Below, one piece after another: positions 37,984-52,465 of a stretch of DNA of 64,000 nucleotides. Source of the stretch: Eledone cirrhosa (taxonomy: Eukaryota); contig OZ024743.1 of the NCBI GenBank assembly GCA_964016885.1, forward strand, positions 278,442,001 to 278,506,000, in the 5' to 3' direction. Numbering within the stretch: the first letter of the stretch is position 1; every line of letters starts with the position of its first letter. The position numbers and the translations under genes are program-made. The notes below the pieces were generated by a model. That model was not told where the DNA came from. It saw only the letters and a list, made by a program, of their open reading frames with translations, and made no database searches.

Positions 37984-40572
37984 CAGTTGCATTTATCTTG
38001 CTTTATGTTCATACGAGTTGTCACCAAGTCACAACCAGTGACCTCAAGAGACAACAAGGTCCGCCATGTTCAAAAAAGAACACACATACACACACATGCA
38101 TCTTTAGGTGTTTAGACTTGTGATGTACTTATATTGACAGAATCTTCTTTAGTATATGGGCAGTTCCCATTAGTACTATCTTATGTATTTCTCCTATACG
38201 CGGGTTTCCTGGGATTTGCGATAAGTAATCATTAGACCCCTTAGGTATCATTCCTAGAGCGCCTACAACCACTGGTATTGTTTTAGTTCTCAATTTCCAC
38301 ATTTTTCCAATTTCTATCTCCAGGTCCTTATACTTGCTCAATTTTTCAAATGTTTTTATAGATACATTCTTGTCTATTGGAACGGACATATCAATTAGCA
38401 GGCATACCCTCTTTTTAAAGTCCTTCAGTATTATATCAGGTCTATTTGCATCTACTTTTCGGTCCGTTTGGATGCTAAAGTTCCACAAGATTGAGATGTG
38501 ATCTCTTTCAAGTACGGGGGATGGTTGATGCTCCCACAAATTCTTTTGATGGGGCACGTCAAAATGCTTACACATTATCCAATGTATGTATTGTGCAGCT
38601 CTGTCATGCCTGCTTAGGTATTCGGTTGGAGCTATAGGACTGCACATTGAAATTATATGATCAATGATCTCTGGTTGTTTTTTTTTACATACACGGGATA
38701 ATGGGTTGCATCCATTTTTTATTATGTTGGCTTGGTAATATTTTGTTGGCAGACACTGATCTTGTGCTGAATAATTAGTCCTTCAGTCTCCGATTTCAGT
38801 CCAGAAGATGCCAACCACTGATAGGTTAAAGTTTTGTCAACATCAGGATTGTTAGTTCTTTCTGGGTATTTTCCATACAGAGGCTTTTCTTGCCATTTCT
38901 CAGCCAGTTTCTGTAGCAGTTCTTTCTTTGCAGTTACCTTTACCTGCTTTGCTTTTTCTGTCTTTTTCATTTCAGCAGTAAATGGAACTTCTGAAATTTG
39001 TAGTCCATTACTGTATCTTTGTGCATCTTTCGTAATGGAGTATGATCTTTTAATGCTTTCGTGTTTCAAAACGAGTTTGATCATCCAATCATGTGATTCC
39101 CTTAGATATGTAGATAATCCAATTGTTGCAGTTTTCAACGCAATATCTATCTGGATTAACCCATGTCCTCCTTCTTTCCTAGGGAGATACATTCTATCTA
39201 TATCTGCCTTAAGGTGATGCATTCTGTGCATGGTTAAGAATTTTCTAATTTTTATATCGAGCCTACGGATCTCTGTGCTTGACCAGTTGATGACATTGTA
39301 ACTGTAGGTTACTACTGGTATGGCAAGCGTGTTTATGGCATCGATCCTATTCCTTGCATTCAATTCCGTTCTTAAGATTGCTCTTACTCTGCGGTAACAT
39401 TCCTTCCTTATCCTTTTCCTCATTGTCGAGTGCTTGATTCCGTCTCCTTCACAAACATCTAGATATTTGTAAGTTTCCACTTGATCAAGTTCTCTTATCA
39501 CATTCCTCCGATCAAGATTAATGTCTGAACTTTTCAGCAGCTTTCCTCTGGTGAACGTTGCTTTGGCGCATTTATCTAGTCCAAACTCCATTTTAATGTC
39601 ATCACTGAACTGCTCCACAGTGGATAATAGCCCTTGCAATTGTTCATCATCTTTTGCAAATAGTTTCAGGTCATCCATGTAGAACAAGTGATTACTGGTT
39701 TTGTCATAGACTTTATATCCATGTTTTGTTTCATTGAGCATTTTACTTAATGGTATAAATGCGATGCAGAATAAAAGCGGTGATAAAGAGTCACCCTGAA
39801 AAAATTCCACAATTAATATTTACTTCTCCAGCTTCCAGTGATTTTTTTTTCACTATTCAACAGGAGTGTCGTTTTCCATGTCTTCATACTGAATGACAGG
39901 AACCTCCTGACAACGGGAGATATTTTGAAAATCTCTAAACATTTTTCAATCCAACTGTGTGGCAAACTATAGAATGTTTTTTTGTAATCTATCCAAGCAA
40001 TTGATAGATTTTTGTGTCTATTATGACAATCTTCCAGTATCATTTTGTTAACCAAAAGCTGATCTTTACAGCCATATGAGCCTCGTTTACACCCTTTTTG
40101 CTCATTGGAAAATAGATCATTTGTTATCAGGTGACCATATGTATATTCAGTTAGGACTGATGTTAACATTTTATACATTGTGGTCAAGGAAGTTATCGGT
40201 CTGTAATTTCTGGGATTGTTTGTCTCATCATTCTTCGGAAGCAGGAATGTAATGCCGTTAACTAGCCATGATGGTATCTTTTCTGGCTCCTTAACCATTT
40301 CATTGTAAAGTTGGGCTAATAGCTCATGAGACTCTGTGAAGGCATTTATCCAAAAATTTGGTATTTTGTCTTTTCCTGGGGATTTCCATTTGCAGGTTTT
40401 TCTAAGAGCCAAACGCAACTGTTCAATTGTTATATTTTCCCATATTTGTTTCTCAAGTTCAGCTGTATCTTTTATTTGTCTGTCTATCCATGGGGCATGT
40501 ATATTATGAACTTTTCTTCGGCCTAGATCTTTTCCCAGAATTCTTGCATTTCCGCCTTGGGTCGTATTGATT
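37984..40572 (-). mobile_element. R4/Dong-clade LINE (RT + restriction-like endonuclease), 5'-truncated
   Basis: KSPGKD, YRPIT, QKGC, FQGDSLSPLLF, YMDDLKL, CRVC..H..C, RHD, NRPDII..LIDMSVP..KLSKY; ends in (TAA)n. Confidence 0.92.
38129..40418 (-). pseudogene. Dong/R4 RT-RLE ORF, frameshifted
   Basis: Three collinear ORF pieces: 39813-40418, 38722-39810, 38129-38647. Confidence 0.9.
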
Positions 40573-40574
40573 TA

Positions 40575-43500
40575 GTGGGGATTGTGTGGGGCTAATGGAT
40601 AGGGGACGAGGGTGCAAGAGCCTCACCAACATGCTCAGACACTTTGAACTGTCTGACAGGTATCGACTGAAATGACCCGAATGTGACAATGTGGATATGG
40701 ACAAACTGCATCGGGTTATCCAGATCGTATCTCGATAGGGTATTCTGCAGAGAACTAGATAAGGCTAGTATAAGTTGTCTACAATTTAAAATAGTCGACC
40801 ACACAGACCACAAATTTGCGATCTGTGAGATCGACATAGACAGAGTTCATAGACAAGGCCCCGGTTACTGGAAGCTGAACGCGTCTTTCCCGGCGCGCAA
40901 AGCCTACAGAGACCGGATTAGCGTATTAGTTAAGCGGGCTTTGACGGGAGCAGTCGTCAACAACATGTGGTGGTTCGCCCTGAAAAGGGAAATTAAAGTA
41001 GAGTTGATTAGGTTTAGCAAAGGACTAGTGATAGAGAAAAATAGAGTAGAGGGAGAGCTAGTCAGAAAGCTAGAAGAGGCGTTTAGGACAGGCATCGCAA
41101 CCGACGTGCTTGCGGCGAGATTGGCACTCGACCAATTCTTTAACGCAAAACACGAAGGCTGCGTTGTCAAAGCTAGAGCGCGTGCTTTGAAACAAGAGGG
41201 GACAAAAGCCGTCCAATGGACCCGGGTGGCAAAAAAGCCACAATTCGGTCTTTGTCTGACCAAAAAGTGTGCGTGTTGCTCGAACCCGAGCAGATGTGTG
41301 AAGCTTTACAGCCGCACTTTGCTGAACTTTTCGGGAGCAGCGGCGGCCCGGATCAGGGGCATGGAATTCAGTGCATGTCTCAACTACCTGCCTCGGCTCT
41401 CGACGACCACAGCACAGTGTTGCGAAAAGCCAATAACAGCCGGTGAAATACGGGAAGCTATGGCTAACTGCACGAGGGGTAAATCGCCAGGTTTGGATGG
41501 TCTTCCCTACGAGCTTTATGCATTTATCCCAGACTTGTTCACTGACCTCTTAGCAGACGTCTACTGCAACTGGCAGCAGAACGGGAGATTCCCAGTTTTG
41601 TGAGCCGGGGAGCGGTGGCGCTGCTGAGAAACAACCAGAACAAGGGGGATGTTATCGATAATTTCAGGCCCATAACCCTGCTAAACGCATAGTTCAAGGT
41701 TTTGGCCAAGGTGTTAGCAACGAGGTTGGCGCTTGTGGGAGAGGCGCTGACATGCGCCATTCCGAACAGATCCATACACGACAACCTCCACCTCATGCGA
41801 TACATCATAGAGAGGGTCGTTAAGGAAGCTGGAACGGATGGGGCCCCTGATCAACTTGGATCAATCCAAAGCATTCGATAGGGTCGTCCATCGGTACCTG
41901 GCGACGTATTGGCTATCGAGGCGTTACTGCCAAAACTGGGGGCGATGAGGGGCGTCCCACGCGAATTAGGATCCGGGAAATCCGAGTCGGCTTACGACGT
42001 CACCGTGGTGGTGTCGAGCACCAGACACGTCCAGATGCTCGGCACCGCTCTCAAGGAATGCGAAGCGGTGGCAGGAGCAAAGATAAACCAGGAAAAGTCA
42101 GTGGACTTGTAGCTTGGCACCTAGAAAGGCAAGTACATGCCGTGGGGCGTTGGACGACGGACCGGTTAAATTGCTCTGGGATTCGCACCGGACCTGACCT
42201 CCTGATGGAGGGAACTGGAACGAGGTGCCGAGCAGGGTGGCCTCCTTCACCCAGAAATGGGCCGAGAGGAAGCTGTCCCTGAAAGGCCGGGCAGAGGTGG
42301 CAAATGCGTACATCGAATCCGTCATCTGCAACCGCCTCACAGTCGCCCCTTGCTCCGGCCCAACTGTCCCCAAAATGGAGCGCCTCCTCTTCCGCTTTTT
42401 GTGGAAGTGACGCGCTCCCATGGTCAGACGATCCATCTGCTGTCAACACCCGTTGCGTGGAGGACTGGGCATGCCATGGCTGATGATGCGAAAACATGCG
42501 CTGAGACTGCGACATCTCTGGTGCTTTCTTGACGGTGAACAGGTGTGGTCGCCGTTCGCCAGTCACGTTTTCCCACAGCTGGTCTCCTTGACGGAGCTGT
42601 AGTCCTGAGTAAGAAAAAGACCGAGGGATAGCGCTTGGAAACTGGGATGTCTCCAGGCGCTCACTGCCCTCTGCCAGCTGGACACCAGTATCGGTTGAAC
42701 ATCCACCTCGGCGTTCTATAGAGGACTAGTGGAGGGGAAGAGCGACAACGTTCTCGGAGAGATCCTGGGCGTCGAAGAAGATCAGCTGTTTTCCCTCTTC
42801 CGGAGAACTTTCAGCCCAGGGCCTATGGATAACTTCGAAAAATGCCTGGCCTGGCAGTGCTACCGGGAGCGTTGCCTGTTCGAGATAAGCTCTACAGGCG
42901 CCGAAGCGTCGTTAGCCGAGCCTGTCCGAGATGCGCGCAGAGCGACGAATACGTCGTGCACGCACTCGTTCAGTGTCCGAGCATTGCTGATTTGTGGAGC
43001 TATGTCGAACAGTTGCTGTCGCGTGTAGGACTGATCCGGTTATCGACTGAGTCCATTGTGCAGATGGTCTCGCCGTCTTCCTTCGAAGAGGAAGGGCAGG
43101 CGGTTTCCATTTGCCTGGTGGCCATGGCGAAAGAGATTGTGTGGTGGACAAGGTTGAAAGGGTTAAAGACAGATACTTTCCTCTTCGGCGAATCCTAATT
43201 AACTTTTTCAAGTTTAACTTGGAGAGGAAAATCAGGGTGGAGAGGCAAGTGCTGCCTTCTAGCAAGTTTGTGGAAAGGTGGGTGAATGTAGCGAGAATGG
43301 TCCGACTGATCGGGACTGCTCTGAATATACGTCTGTAGTTTGAGAGATGGAAAAATTGAGAGAGGGCGCTTGCCCTGGTAGTCAGCGGGGCCGTGGTCTT
43401 TTGTGTGGTTTTCGCAACGAGTAACCCGCGGAGGTTTCCGCCCCTATTGGGGAATTTTTCATTGTTTCAATTTTCATTTTTATTGTTTATATATATATAT

Positions 43501-43647
43501 ATATGTTTCTATGTCCTTTTTTTTCTTTTCTTAAATAAATAATAAAAATATTTACACGCACAAAACCCACATCGTACCGTCCTGTACCGTCATGTGCCGT
43601 CTGTAATGTTTTTCTTGATGACAGCCCTTGTGGCCAATAAAGAAATC
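40575..43647 (+). mobile_element. 5'-truncated Tx1 LINE, subfamily B
   Basis: APE C-terminus through RT to zinc finger, with many lesions; 3' end CCCTTGTGGCCAATAAAGAAATC-(ATT)n. Confidence 0.9.
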
Positions 43648-43677
43648 ATTATTATTATTCTTATTCTTATTATTATT

Positions 43678-44170
43678 CTTTGAGTTTCAGTCATTGATGT
43701 TAGTTAACTGGAAAGTTTGTTGAAATGAATATCAAGCCCCTACCTGCAGCCTCAGATATTCAGGACGTATAGGAGTGTTCTTGCTGTTCCCAGCAAGCAT
43801 GCCTTTTGAAGTGTTCCAAAAACGGGGCGGGGCCAATTTTCATTAACCATCCCTGGAAAGTTTTTGAAATAGTACCTATTGCGCCTATGACAATCGGGAT
43901 CACTTTCACTTCATGGCAGTTCCAAATCCTTTTTACCTCCCACTTTAAGTCCTGGTATCGCTTAATTTTCTCCCTCTCCTTCTCTTGCACTCTCGTGTCG
44001 AATGGGCAGGCCACATCCATAATCAGGCACGATCTTTTTTCCTTGTCCACAACCACCAGGTCAGGTCTATTGCGGTCCGTCTGTATCCTAAAATCCCATA
44101 GCACCTTCACCTGATCGTTTTCTATCAGCGACTCTGGCTTATGCTCATACCAGTTCTCAGAATGTGGTAA
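43678..44170 (-). mobile_element. 3' fragment of a second Dong/R4 family in (TAA)n
   Basis: VLWDFRIQTD..NRPDLVVVD..LIMDVACP..K..RY..PIVIGAIG; TAA repeats on both sides. Confidence 0.88.
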
Positions 44171-44226
<56 letters not shown>

Positions 44227-44440
44227 TATTATTGGCGACCTACGTAGTAAATCGTATCATCGTGAGCTCCGCAAAGGCTTGTTATTTCCGTTTGTTAAAA
44301 ATTGCCATTTATGGAAAATTTTATTCTTAACTGTTTATAAGCGCACATACATTGTTTTCCGAAAAGGACACCCAAAAAGATTGGGGCCTTGTGCCCAAAA
44401 TTTAAACTTTTATGATTATCAAAAAATTTCTTTAAAAAAA

Positions 44441-46357
44441 ATGGCTAGTCCACCTCTGCACCAAGCAGCTGAGAGCCTTCCACACAAACTAACACCTCAC
44501 ACCGACACCACCATTGTAAATATTACTACGTTTGCCAACACAAAGTAGCAATATTATAAATTTGTCTCAGGCAGACATTCATTTCCCGCCATTACCAATG
44601 ACTGCAGGTGTTAAAGCGGCCACCACCACCACCACCGCGACTACAGAAACAAGAGGAAAAAATAAATCAACTCGTGATGTCGAAATATTTTCAACCAAAA
44701 TGGACTCTTCCAAACTGAACACCACTGACGTCACCACCACCACAACTGAAACTAAAATTAATAATAACAAAAATAATGATAGCAACATCAACAATGACAT
44801 TAAAAAAACCACCCTGAGTTTTGCCAGAGTAGCAAAACAGTGCGAAGCATTTCAGGTAACTCAGGGGGAATGAGAAAATGCCCAAAAAATGGTAAAGAAA
44901 GATGGGTACAGGGTCAGCCCCCCCCCCACCTAATAAAATGGAGCATCGGCGCCTATGCACCGTGTCGTATCGAACAATAAATGTAAAATCGCGCCGAGTG
45001 GAACGGGCATCCGAGTCCCAAATCCAAAAGCTTTGGGACATGTGTGGGCAAGAAAAATCCACATCAGACGTGGGCAGAAGTATGGAACCGTGGACGTGTT
45101 CTTTGAAACACCAGAGGAGGCTAGAGAACACTCCATGGCCCCGTTAAGAAGTGACGACTACACACTCGTCCCAAGCTATTGTGGCCAGAGACTCGTAAAG
45201 ATCAGGGTGACCCACGTTCCACCGGCCATCGAAATTCCCTGGCTAATAGCGGCCGTCCTCGCGGCATCGAAGCCAACACAAAGATAATAGCAATAGCAAA
45301 AGAAAAGCAGGAGAACTGGCCCGGATCTGGGATGGAGCTCCTGATCCAAGCGGACCAAAAAAGCATTGAGGAGATCCCAGAGGTAATAGACCTCACTGAC
45401 GGCAGCCACCTCAACGTGATTGTCGAGGGCAGAAGGCCTAGGTGTGTCGTTTGTGGTGAAGGAACCCACCTAAGGGCTTTCTGCCCTCAGGCTAAAAGGT
45501 TGAGGCCACCTCTCCTACCCACCCAGTGACTCAACCATCAACACCACCAGTAGCAGAGATGGCAGCAACAACTGTAGCAGCAACAACAGAAGCAACTATA
45601 ACAGCAACAACCCCAGCAACAGTAGCAAAACCAACACCACCACCACCCAACGCTTCAGAACTAGCACCCGCGCCTACACCATCCACCACGCCACAACCAA
45701 AACTAACGCCTGTGGAGGATTTTCCACTCCCCGGCCTATCACAACTGGAGACAGATTGTGACGACGAGGAGTGGGAAACGGTATCAGGAAAAAAAAAAAG
45801 AAACCAAAAAAGAAAAAAATTCTCTTCCTTCCCCCTCCAAAAACAAAATACAGAGGGAAACAAATAAGTTAACAAACAAAAAAGTTAGGACAGATATGTC
45901 ACCATCCACACCAGCATCACCAACCCCATCACCCCAAACACCAACACCATCACCATCATTAACCCCAACACCACCATTACCTACACCACAAAAGTCACCA
46001 AAATGCGAAACAGAAACAAACCCACAACAAACGCAAACAAAACAAAACAACCAAAATGATACACACTACACAGCATTAAATTTGAACAACAAGCAATTAT
46101 TACACTACATCCAACACAACACCAGCATCACAGAAAAAGACTACACAACAACCCAAAAATTCACACCACCTCCACACATACAAATCACTCGCATCACACA
46201 GAAAACGTACATGACACTAAAACAAAAATTCCCCAAAGACATCGGAGACTTCCGACAAGCACTCTCCAGGAGGATTTATAAGGACATCCTTCCTGAGGAG
46301 GCCACAAGCAGTGAAAAGGATGGAAACATCGTCCTTCCTCTACGAGAAGTAAGGTAA
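44441..46357 (+). pseudogene. Tx1 ORF1, disrupted
   Basis: Near-identical to 17796-19655, with stops and frameshifts. Confidence 0.85.
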
Positions 46358-46391
46358 GTGATCTTTCCCATCTTTTCCACTCCTTTTCAAC

Positions 46392-49300
46392 ATGACCTCA
46401 CTCAGAATAGGCAGCATAAATGCGCGTGGCTTGGGGTCGTCATGGAAGCAGGGCCACCTGCTCAACGACAATTAGGTCACTAAACATAGATGTAGTGGCC
46501 ATCAGCGAGACCAGAATCTCCGAAGCACGGGCCTTCGCACCGATCTTCGGCGGCTACGATGTGTACGCATCTCCCAGCCGTCCTGTTTTGGGGGGAGGAG
46601 TTGCTGTGCTTTTTCGGAGAAGTTTGGATCTCGCCATACGGGCCATCTTCCTGAACCCAGAGGGTAAGTTGGTGATGCTGGACGTGACCAGCGGAGACGG
46701 GCAAGCGTTCAGGCTAGTGGCCGTCTATGCCCCGGCAGGGGCAGGGCGGCCTGATTTCTTCCGGCGTCTGGAGACCTTTCTTGGAACGTCCCACTCTTTA
46801 GTGTTAGTGGGCGACTGGAACGGGATCTTAGATGCACGCTGGGACTGTGTGGGATTAGCGGATAGGGGTGGAGGGTGCAAGAGCCTCACCAACCTGCTCA
46901 GGCGTTTTGAACTGTCTGACAGGTACCGATTGGATTTCCCGAATGTGCCAATGTGGACTTGGACAAATCGCATAGGGTCAACCAGATCATATCTAGATAG
47001 AGTATTTTGTAGGGAAATAGATAGGTCTAGCATAGGCTGTCCACAATTCAAGATAGTCAGCTACATGGACCACAAATTCGTGATCTGTGTGCTTGACTTA
47101 GATAGGCTTCATAGACGAGGACCCGGCTACTGGAAGCTAAACGCGTCATTACCAGCGCGCAAGGCCTACAGAGACCAGATTAGCGAACTAGTTAATCGGG
47201 CGTTGACGGGGGCCATCGTCAACAACAAGTGGTGGTTTGCTCTGAAAAGAGCAATTAGAATAGGTCCATTAGGTTTAGTAAGGCTTTAGAAATAGAGAAA
47301 AATAGAGCAGAGGGAGAATTAGTTAGAAAATTAGATGAGGCGCTTAGCAAAGGCATCGCGACCGACGTACTTACGGCGAAATTGGCCCTTGACCAATTCT
47401 TCAATGCAAAGCACGAAGGCTGCGTTGTCAGAGCTAGGGTGCGTGATCTCAGACACGAGGGGACGAAAGCCGTTCAATGGGCCCGAGTGGCGGAGGCGCG
47501 TCTTGACAATAAAGCCACGATCCGGTCTTTGGTGGACCACGACGGGCGCATGCTACTCGATCCCGGGCAAATGTGTGAAGCTTTTCAGCGACACTTCGCT
47601 CAACTGTTCGGGGGCAGTGGCGGGCCGGATCGTGGGATGGACTTTAGTGTCTACCTCGACGGACTGCCGCGGCTTTCGGCCACTGAGGCGGAGTGTTGCG
47701 AAAAGCCGATAACAACCGCTGAAATACGGGAGGCAATGACTGGCTGCACAAGGGTTAAATCGCCTGGTTTAGATGGTCTGCACTATGAACTTTACGTACA
47801 AATGCCAGACTTGTTCGGAGGCCTCTTGGCGGAAGTCTACTGCAACTGGTAACAGAACGGGAGAATTCCCAGCTCTGTGAGCCGAGGAGCGGTGGCGCTG
47901 CTAAGAAAGGATCCGAACAAGAGGGATAACATAGATAATTTTAGGCCCATAACTCTGCTAAACACAGAGTTCAAGATTTTGGCTAAGGTGCTAGCAAAGA
48001 GGTTGGCGCTTGTCGTTGGTGGTCTGGTGGGAGAGGCACAGACATGCGCCATTCCCGACAGATCCATCCACGACAACCTCCACCTCATGCGATACATCGT
48101 AGAGAGGGTAGCTAGGGAACCTGGCACGGGTGGGTCTTTGATCAATTTAGATCAGTCGGAAGCCTTCGATAGGGTCGACCATCGTTACCTAGCGGCAGTC
48201 CTGAGGGCGGCTGGCTTTGGGCCCGTCTTCAGAGGCTGGATCGCTGCCATGCACAGCGACATCTGCTCTTTAGTGAGAGTGAACGGTCACCTTTCGGACC
48301 CGTTCAACATCATGCGCTCGGTCGCCAAGGATGTCCCCTCTCGGCCCAATTGTACGTATTGACTCTCGAGCAATTACTGCACAAACTGGAGACGTTGAGG
48401 GGGGTCCCGCGCGAACTAGGATGCGGAAGATCCGTGTTAGCATATGCGGACGATGCCACCGTAGTGGTGTCGAACGCCAAACACATCGAGGCAATCGGCA
48501 CTACACTAAGAGAATACGAAGCGGTGACAGGAGCAATGATCAACCAGGAAAAGTCAGTGGGCCTGCAGCTCGGCACCTGGAGAGGCAGGTCCATGCCGTC
48601 CAACAGCGTCGTCGGGCGCTGGACGGAGGACGGACCGGTTAAATTGCTAGGGGTCTGGTTCGGTCCAGACCTCCAGACGGACAAAAACTGGGACGAGGTG
48701 ACGAGCACGGTGGCTTCTCTCACCCAGAAATGGGCCGAGAGGAAGCTATCCCTGAAAGGTCGAGCGGAGGTGGCTAACGCGTACATCGCGTCCGTCATCT
48801 ACTACCGCCTGACCGTCGTACCTTGTCCTAATCCCCGCCTGACTGCGCTGGAGCGTTTGCTCTTTCGCTTCTTGTGGAAGGGACGCGCTCCGATGGTCAG
48901 GCAGTCCATCTGCTGTCAACACCCGCTACGTGGAGGGCTGGGCATGCCGTGGTTGATGATGCGCAGACACGTACTCCGGCTACGACATCTCCACCTCTTC
49001 CTCGACGGTGCTCAGGTGTGGTCGCTGTTTGCAAGACACGTTTTTCCCCAGCTCGTCTCCTTGACGGAGCTGCAGTCCTGGGTCAAGCGAAGACCGAGAG
49101 GGAGCGCTTGGAGACTGGAATGTCTTCAGGCGCTCACAGCCCTCGACCAATCGGGCAATGTGATCGGTGGAAACTCCACCTTGGCGTTCTATAGGGGATT
49201 AGTGGAGGTTAAGAGCGACGACATACTTGGAGAAAATCAACTAGCCAATCTTTTCGGAAGGACTTTCGGGCCGGGGCCTATGGACAACTTCCAGAAATCC

Positions 49301-49796
49301 CTGGCCTGGCAGTGCTACCGGGGTGCTTTGCCAGTTCGGGATAAACTCTAGAGGCATGGAGGTGCCGTCAGCCGGGCATGTCCGAGATGCGCACAGGGTG
49401 ACGAAACCGTCCTGCACGCACTCGTCCAGTGTCCGAGCATTGCTGACTTGTGGGTTTATGTCGAACACCTGCTGTCACGTGTAGGACGGATCTAGCTATC
49501 AGCTGAGTCCATCGTGAGGATTGCCCCGCCCTCTTCCTTTAGCCGGCTAAGGGCAGGAAGGTTTTATCTGTCTGGTGGCCATGGCGAAAGAGATAGTATG
49601 GTGGACACGTTTGAAAGGGCTGAAGACGAGCAGTTACTTCTTCGGTGATGCCCTGATTAACTTTTTCAAATTTCATTTGAAAAGGAAAATCAGGGTAGAG
49701 AGGGAAGTACTCTCTTCCCAGCATTTTGTTGAAAGATGGGTGAAAGAGGCAAGTATGGCCCGAATGAATGGGCCTTCTCTGAGTATGTGTCTGTAA
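46392..49796 (+). pseudogene. Tx1 ORF2 APE-RT, disrupted
   Basis: Full motif set including LAYADD; several frameshifts and stops. Confidence 0.92.
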
Positions 49797-50094
49797 ATTA
49801 AAGGTGGAAAACTGGGAGAGGGCACTTGCCCTGGTGGTCAGGGTCACTGTGGTCTTTTAATGGGCTTTCTCCACAAATGTCCCTTGGAAGTCTCCCCCCC
49901 CCCTATTGGGGAATTTTTCTTTGTTATTTTATTACATCCTCTGTTTTTTACACGCAGAAATGCCCATTTGTACCGTCCTGTATTGTCCTGTACTGTCCTT
50001 AATGTCTACTTTATGTAAACCCTTGTGGTTAATAAAGAAAACATTATTATTATTATTATTATTATTAATATTATTATTATATATTGAGGCAAAG

Positions 50095-50228
50095 AATTAT
50101 GTCCCTTTACGATCTGAGTTCAAATCCCGCCGAGGTTAACTTTGCCTTTCATCCTTACGGGGTCGATGAAATAAAGTACCAGTAATGTACTGGGTCTTTG
50201 CTGGCCTTGTGCCAAAAGTAGAAACAAT
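50095..50228 (+). mobile_element. SINE family 1, 5'-truncated
   Basis: B box, core, tail, then (ATT)n. Confidence 0.85.
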
Positions 50229-50640
50229 TATTATTATTATATATATATATATAAAGTGATAAGATACGAAAGGAACTGTATGGTTACTAAAAACAAGGTT
50301 TAGGATTTTAGGATGGTGGTTTGGACGGAACAAGAGGAAAAAACAAGAAAGAATCCTTTGTGAGGTGTAAATTTACAGGACATCTGTAGCGAGCAGCGGT
50401 GCGCCCGAGGCCTTTTCTTAATCAAAAGGCCAGGAGGAAAAGAAGAGAAAAAGGAGAGAAAAATGAAGGAAAAAGAAGGAAAAGAGGAAGAAGTCCAAAA
50501 CGGGAAAGGTTGTGAGGAGAGAGGAAGAAAGAGAAAAACGAAAAAAAGGAGAAAAACAAACAGGTGAACAGATCCCATCGTGGGGAGACATAGGACAATT
50601 GATCATGCAAATGAGTAACTGTGAAAAAAAATGACAAAAT

Positions 50641-50682
<42 letters not shown>

Positions 50683-50769
50683 TTTACATATATATATATA
50701 TATAGATAGATACATACATATACGTGTTCTGCAACGGGTCACTTGGTGATTCTATAGACATGTTTTATG

Positions 50770-50822
<53 letters not shown>

Positions 50823-51039
50823 ATATATATATATATTTTATATATATATTAATTTATATATATATATATTTTTTTCTGTCGAAGTAACCGGCTGTTTTGA
50901 TCTTGAGTGGGATGTGCAAATTGAAAGAAAATAAAGCAATTATATCTGAGATTAGTAAAAAATTACTGTCCATCATGTTGATTATATAAACTTCACTAAA
51001 ACTATTTCGTGATCTTGTGCCAATGCTTGAAATCAATAA

Positions 51040-51180
51040 TAATTGTTTCTACTTATTGGCACAAGGCCAGCAATTACCTATGCATTACCGGTACTTTATT
51101 TTATCGACCCCGTAAGGATGAAAGGCAAAGTTAAACTCGGCGGGATTTGAACTCAGCATCGCAAGGGCCGTAACTCTATG
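51040..51180 (-). mobile_element. SINE family 1, 5'-truncated
   Basis: Core and tail GGCCTTGTGCCAATAAGTAGAAACAATTATT. Confidence 0.85.
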
Positions 51181-51989
51181 GAGTTTTCAAAAATAAAAGA
51201 TGGGAGTTTTCAAAAAAAGATGGGAGTTTAGAAAAAAAAAAAAAAAAAATTATCACATTTGATAATTTCGCTCTCACATTAGAAGAAATAACAGTAATAT
51301 TATATTATCAATGGATCAACCAATGACTGTAATACTGCAATATATCCTCAAATCAACAAGTTTGTAATAATGTAAAAGTGAGAAAAGTAAATATTTAGGT
51401 GAAATACAATTCCATAACAGCAATAGAGTATCAATGTAGTAATAAAACAGAGAGCACGTACCTATTCGTTACATTTTCATATAAAATAAAACTAATAACG
51501 TTTCAACAATTTTCTTGTTGTTTGATCGCGATGAAAATCTAATACTGTTCATAGAATAGTATGACACTACTATTAGAAACGATTATTTAGACTTCAAACA
51601 AAAACGAGGACCAAGAATTATAGATTACATTTGAAAGTTACTTTGTATCAATTAGAGTGTCTAAACTATGAATAAAAATGGGAATAAAGGTAAATTGAAC
51701 ATATATCGTGATGGTAGTTGAAAGGTAATCTGAGGGCATGGGATATAGAAATTATATATATATATATATACCTTGAGAGACAATATACACACATACAAGT
51801 TAAATCAACGCTTTACATATTAACAGATACTACTTATGGACAGATTTTCAGAACCATATTTAATAAAACTATCCCTTAATTTCATACTTGATAAACTATG
51901 CTTTCTCAATAAAAGAAATTTGATAAATATCATATATGTAATATTGAAGGGTTTCACAACAAAGTGAAATAATCAATGATGAATATATT

Positions 51990-52082
<93 letters not shown>

Positions 52083-52409
52083 TTTGTCTGTGTGTGTGTG
52101 GATGTATTTATATTTTATGAAATATTGTACCCGTCCGGTGCAAAAGATTTGATCCATATTAAGATGAGCAGACTCAGGTGAATAAGGTCGGTAAGATCGT
52201 AAATATAATATGATGCAATGCCAGCAATATAGAAACAATGCTTAACTTCATTCGTAACAAAGCTTAATATGTATCATATTCGCTAAATAACAAGAATAAA
52301 TAATGTAATAAATGAAAGGGGGCCTTATTGCTCACCACCCCTTCTCTTTTCCTCCGCTTTTACGAAAAAAAGTGACATAATGTACAATTTTATTAAAGAT
52401 CTATATCTA

Positions 52410-52460
<51 letters not shown>

Positions 52461-52465
<5 letters not shown>

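Larger units (their letters stand above)
44234..50042 (+). mobile_element. Full-length Tx1 LINE, copy 4 (subfamily A)
   Basis: ORF1+ORF2, with (ATT)n at both ends (44171-44233, 50043-50080). Confidence 0.93.
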
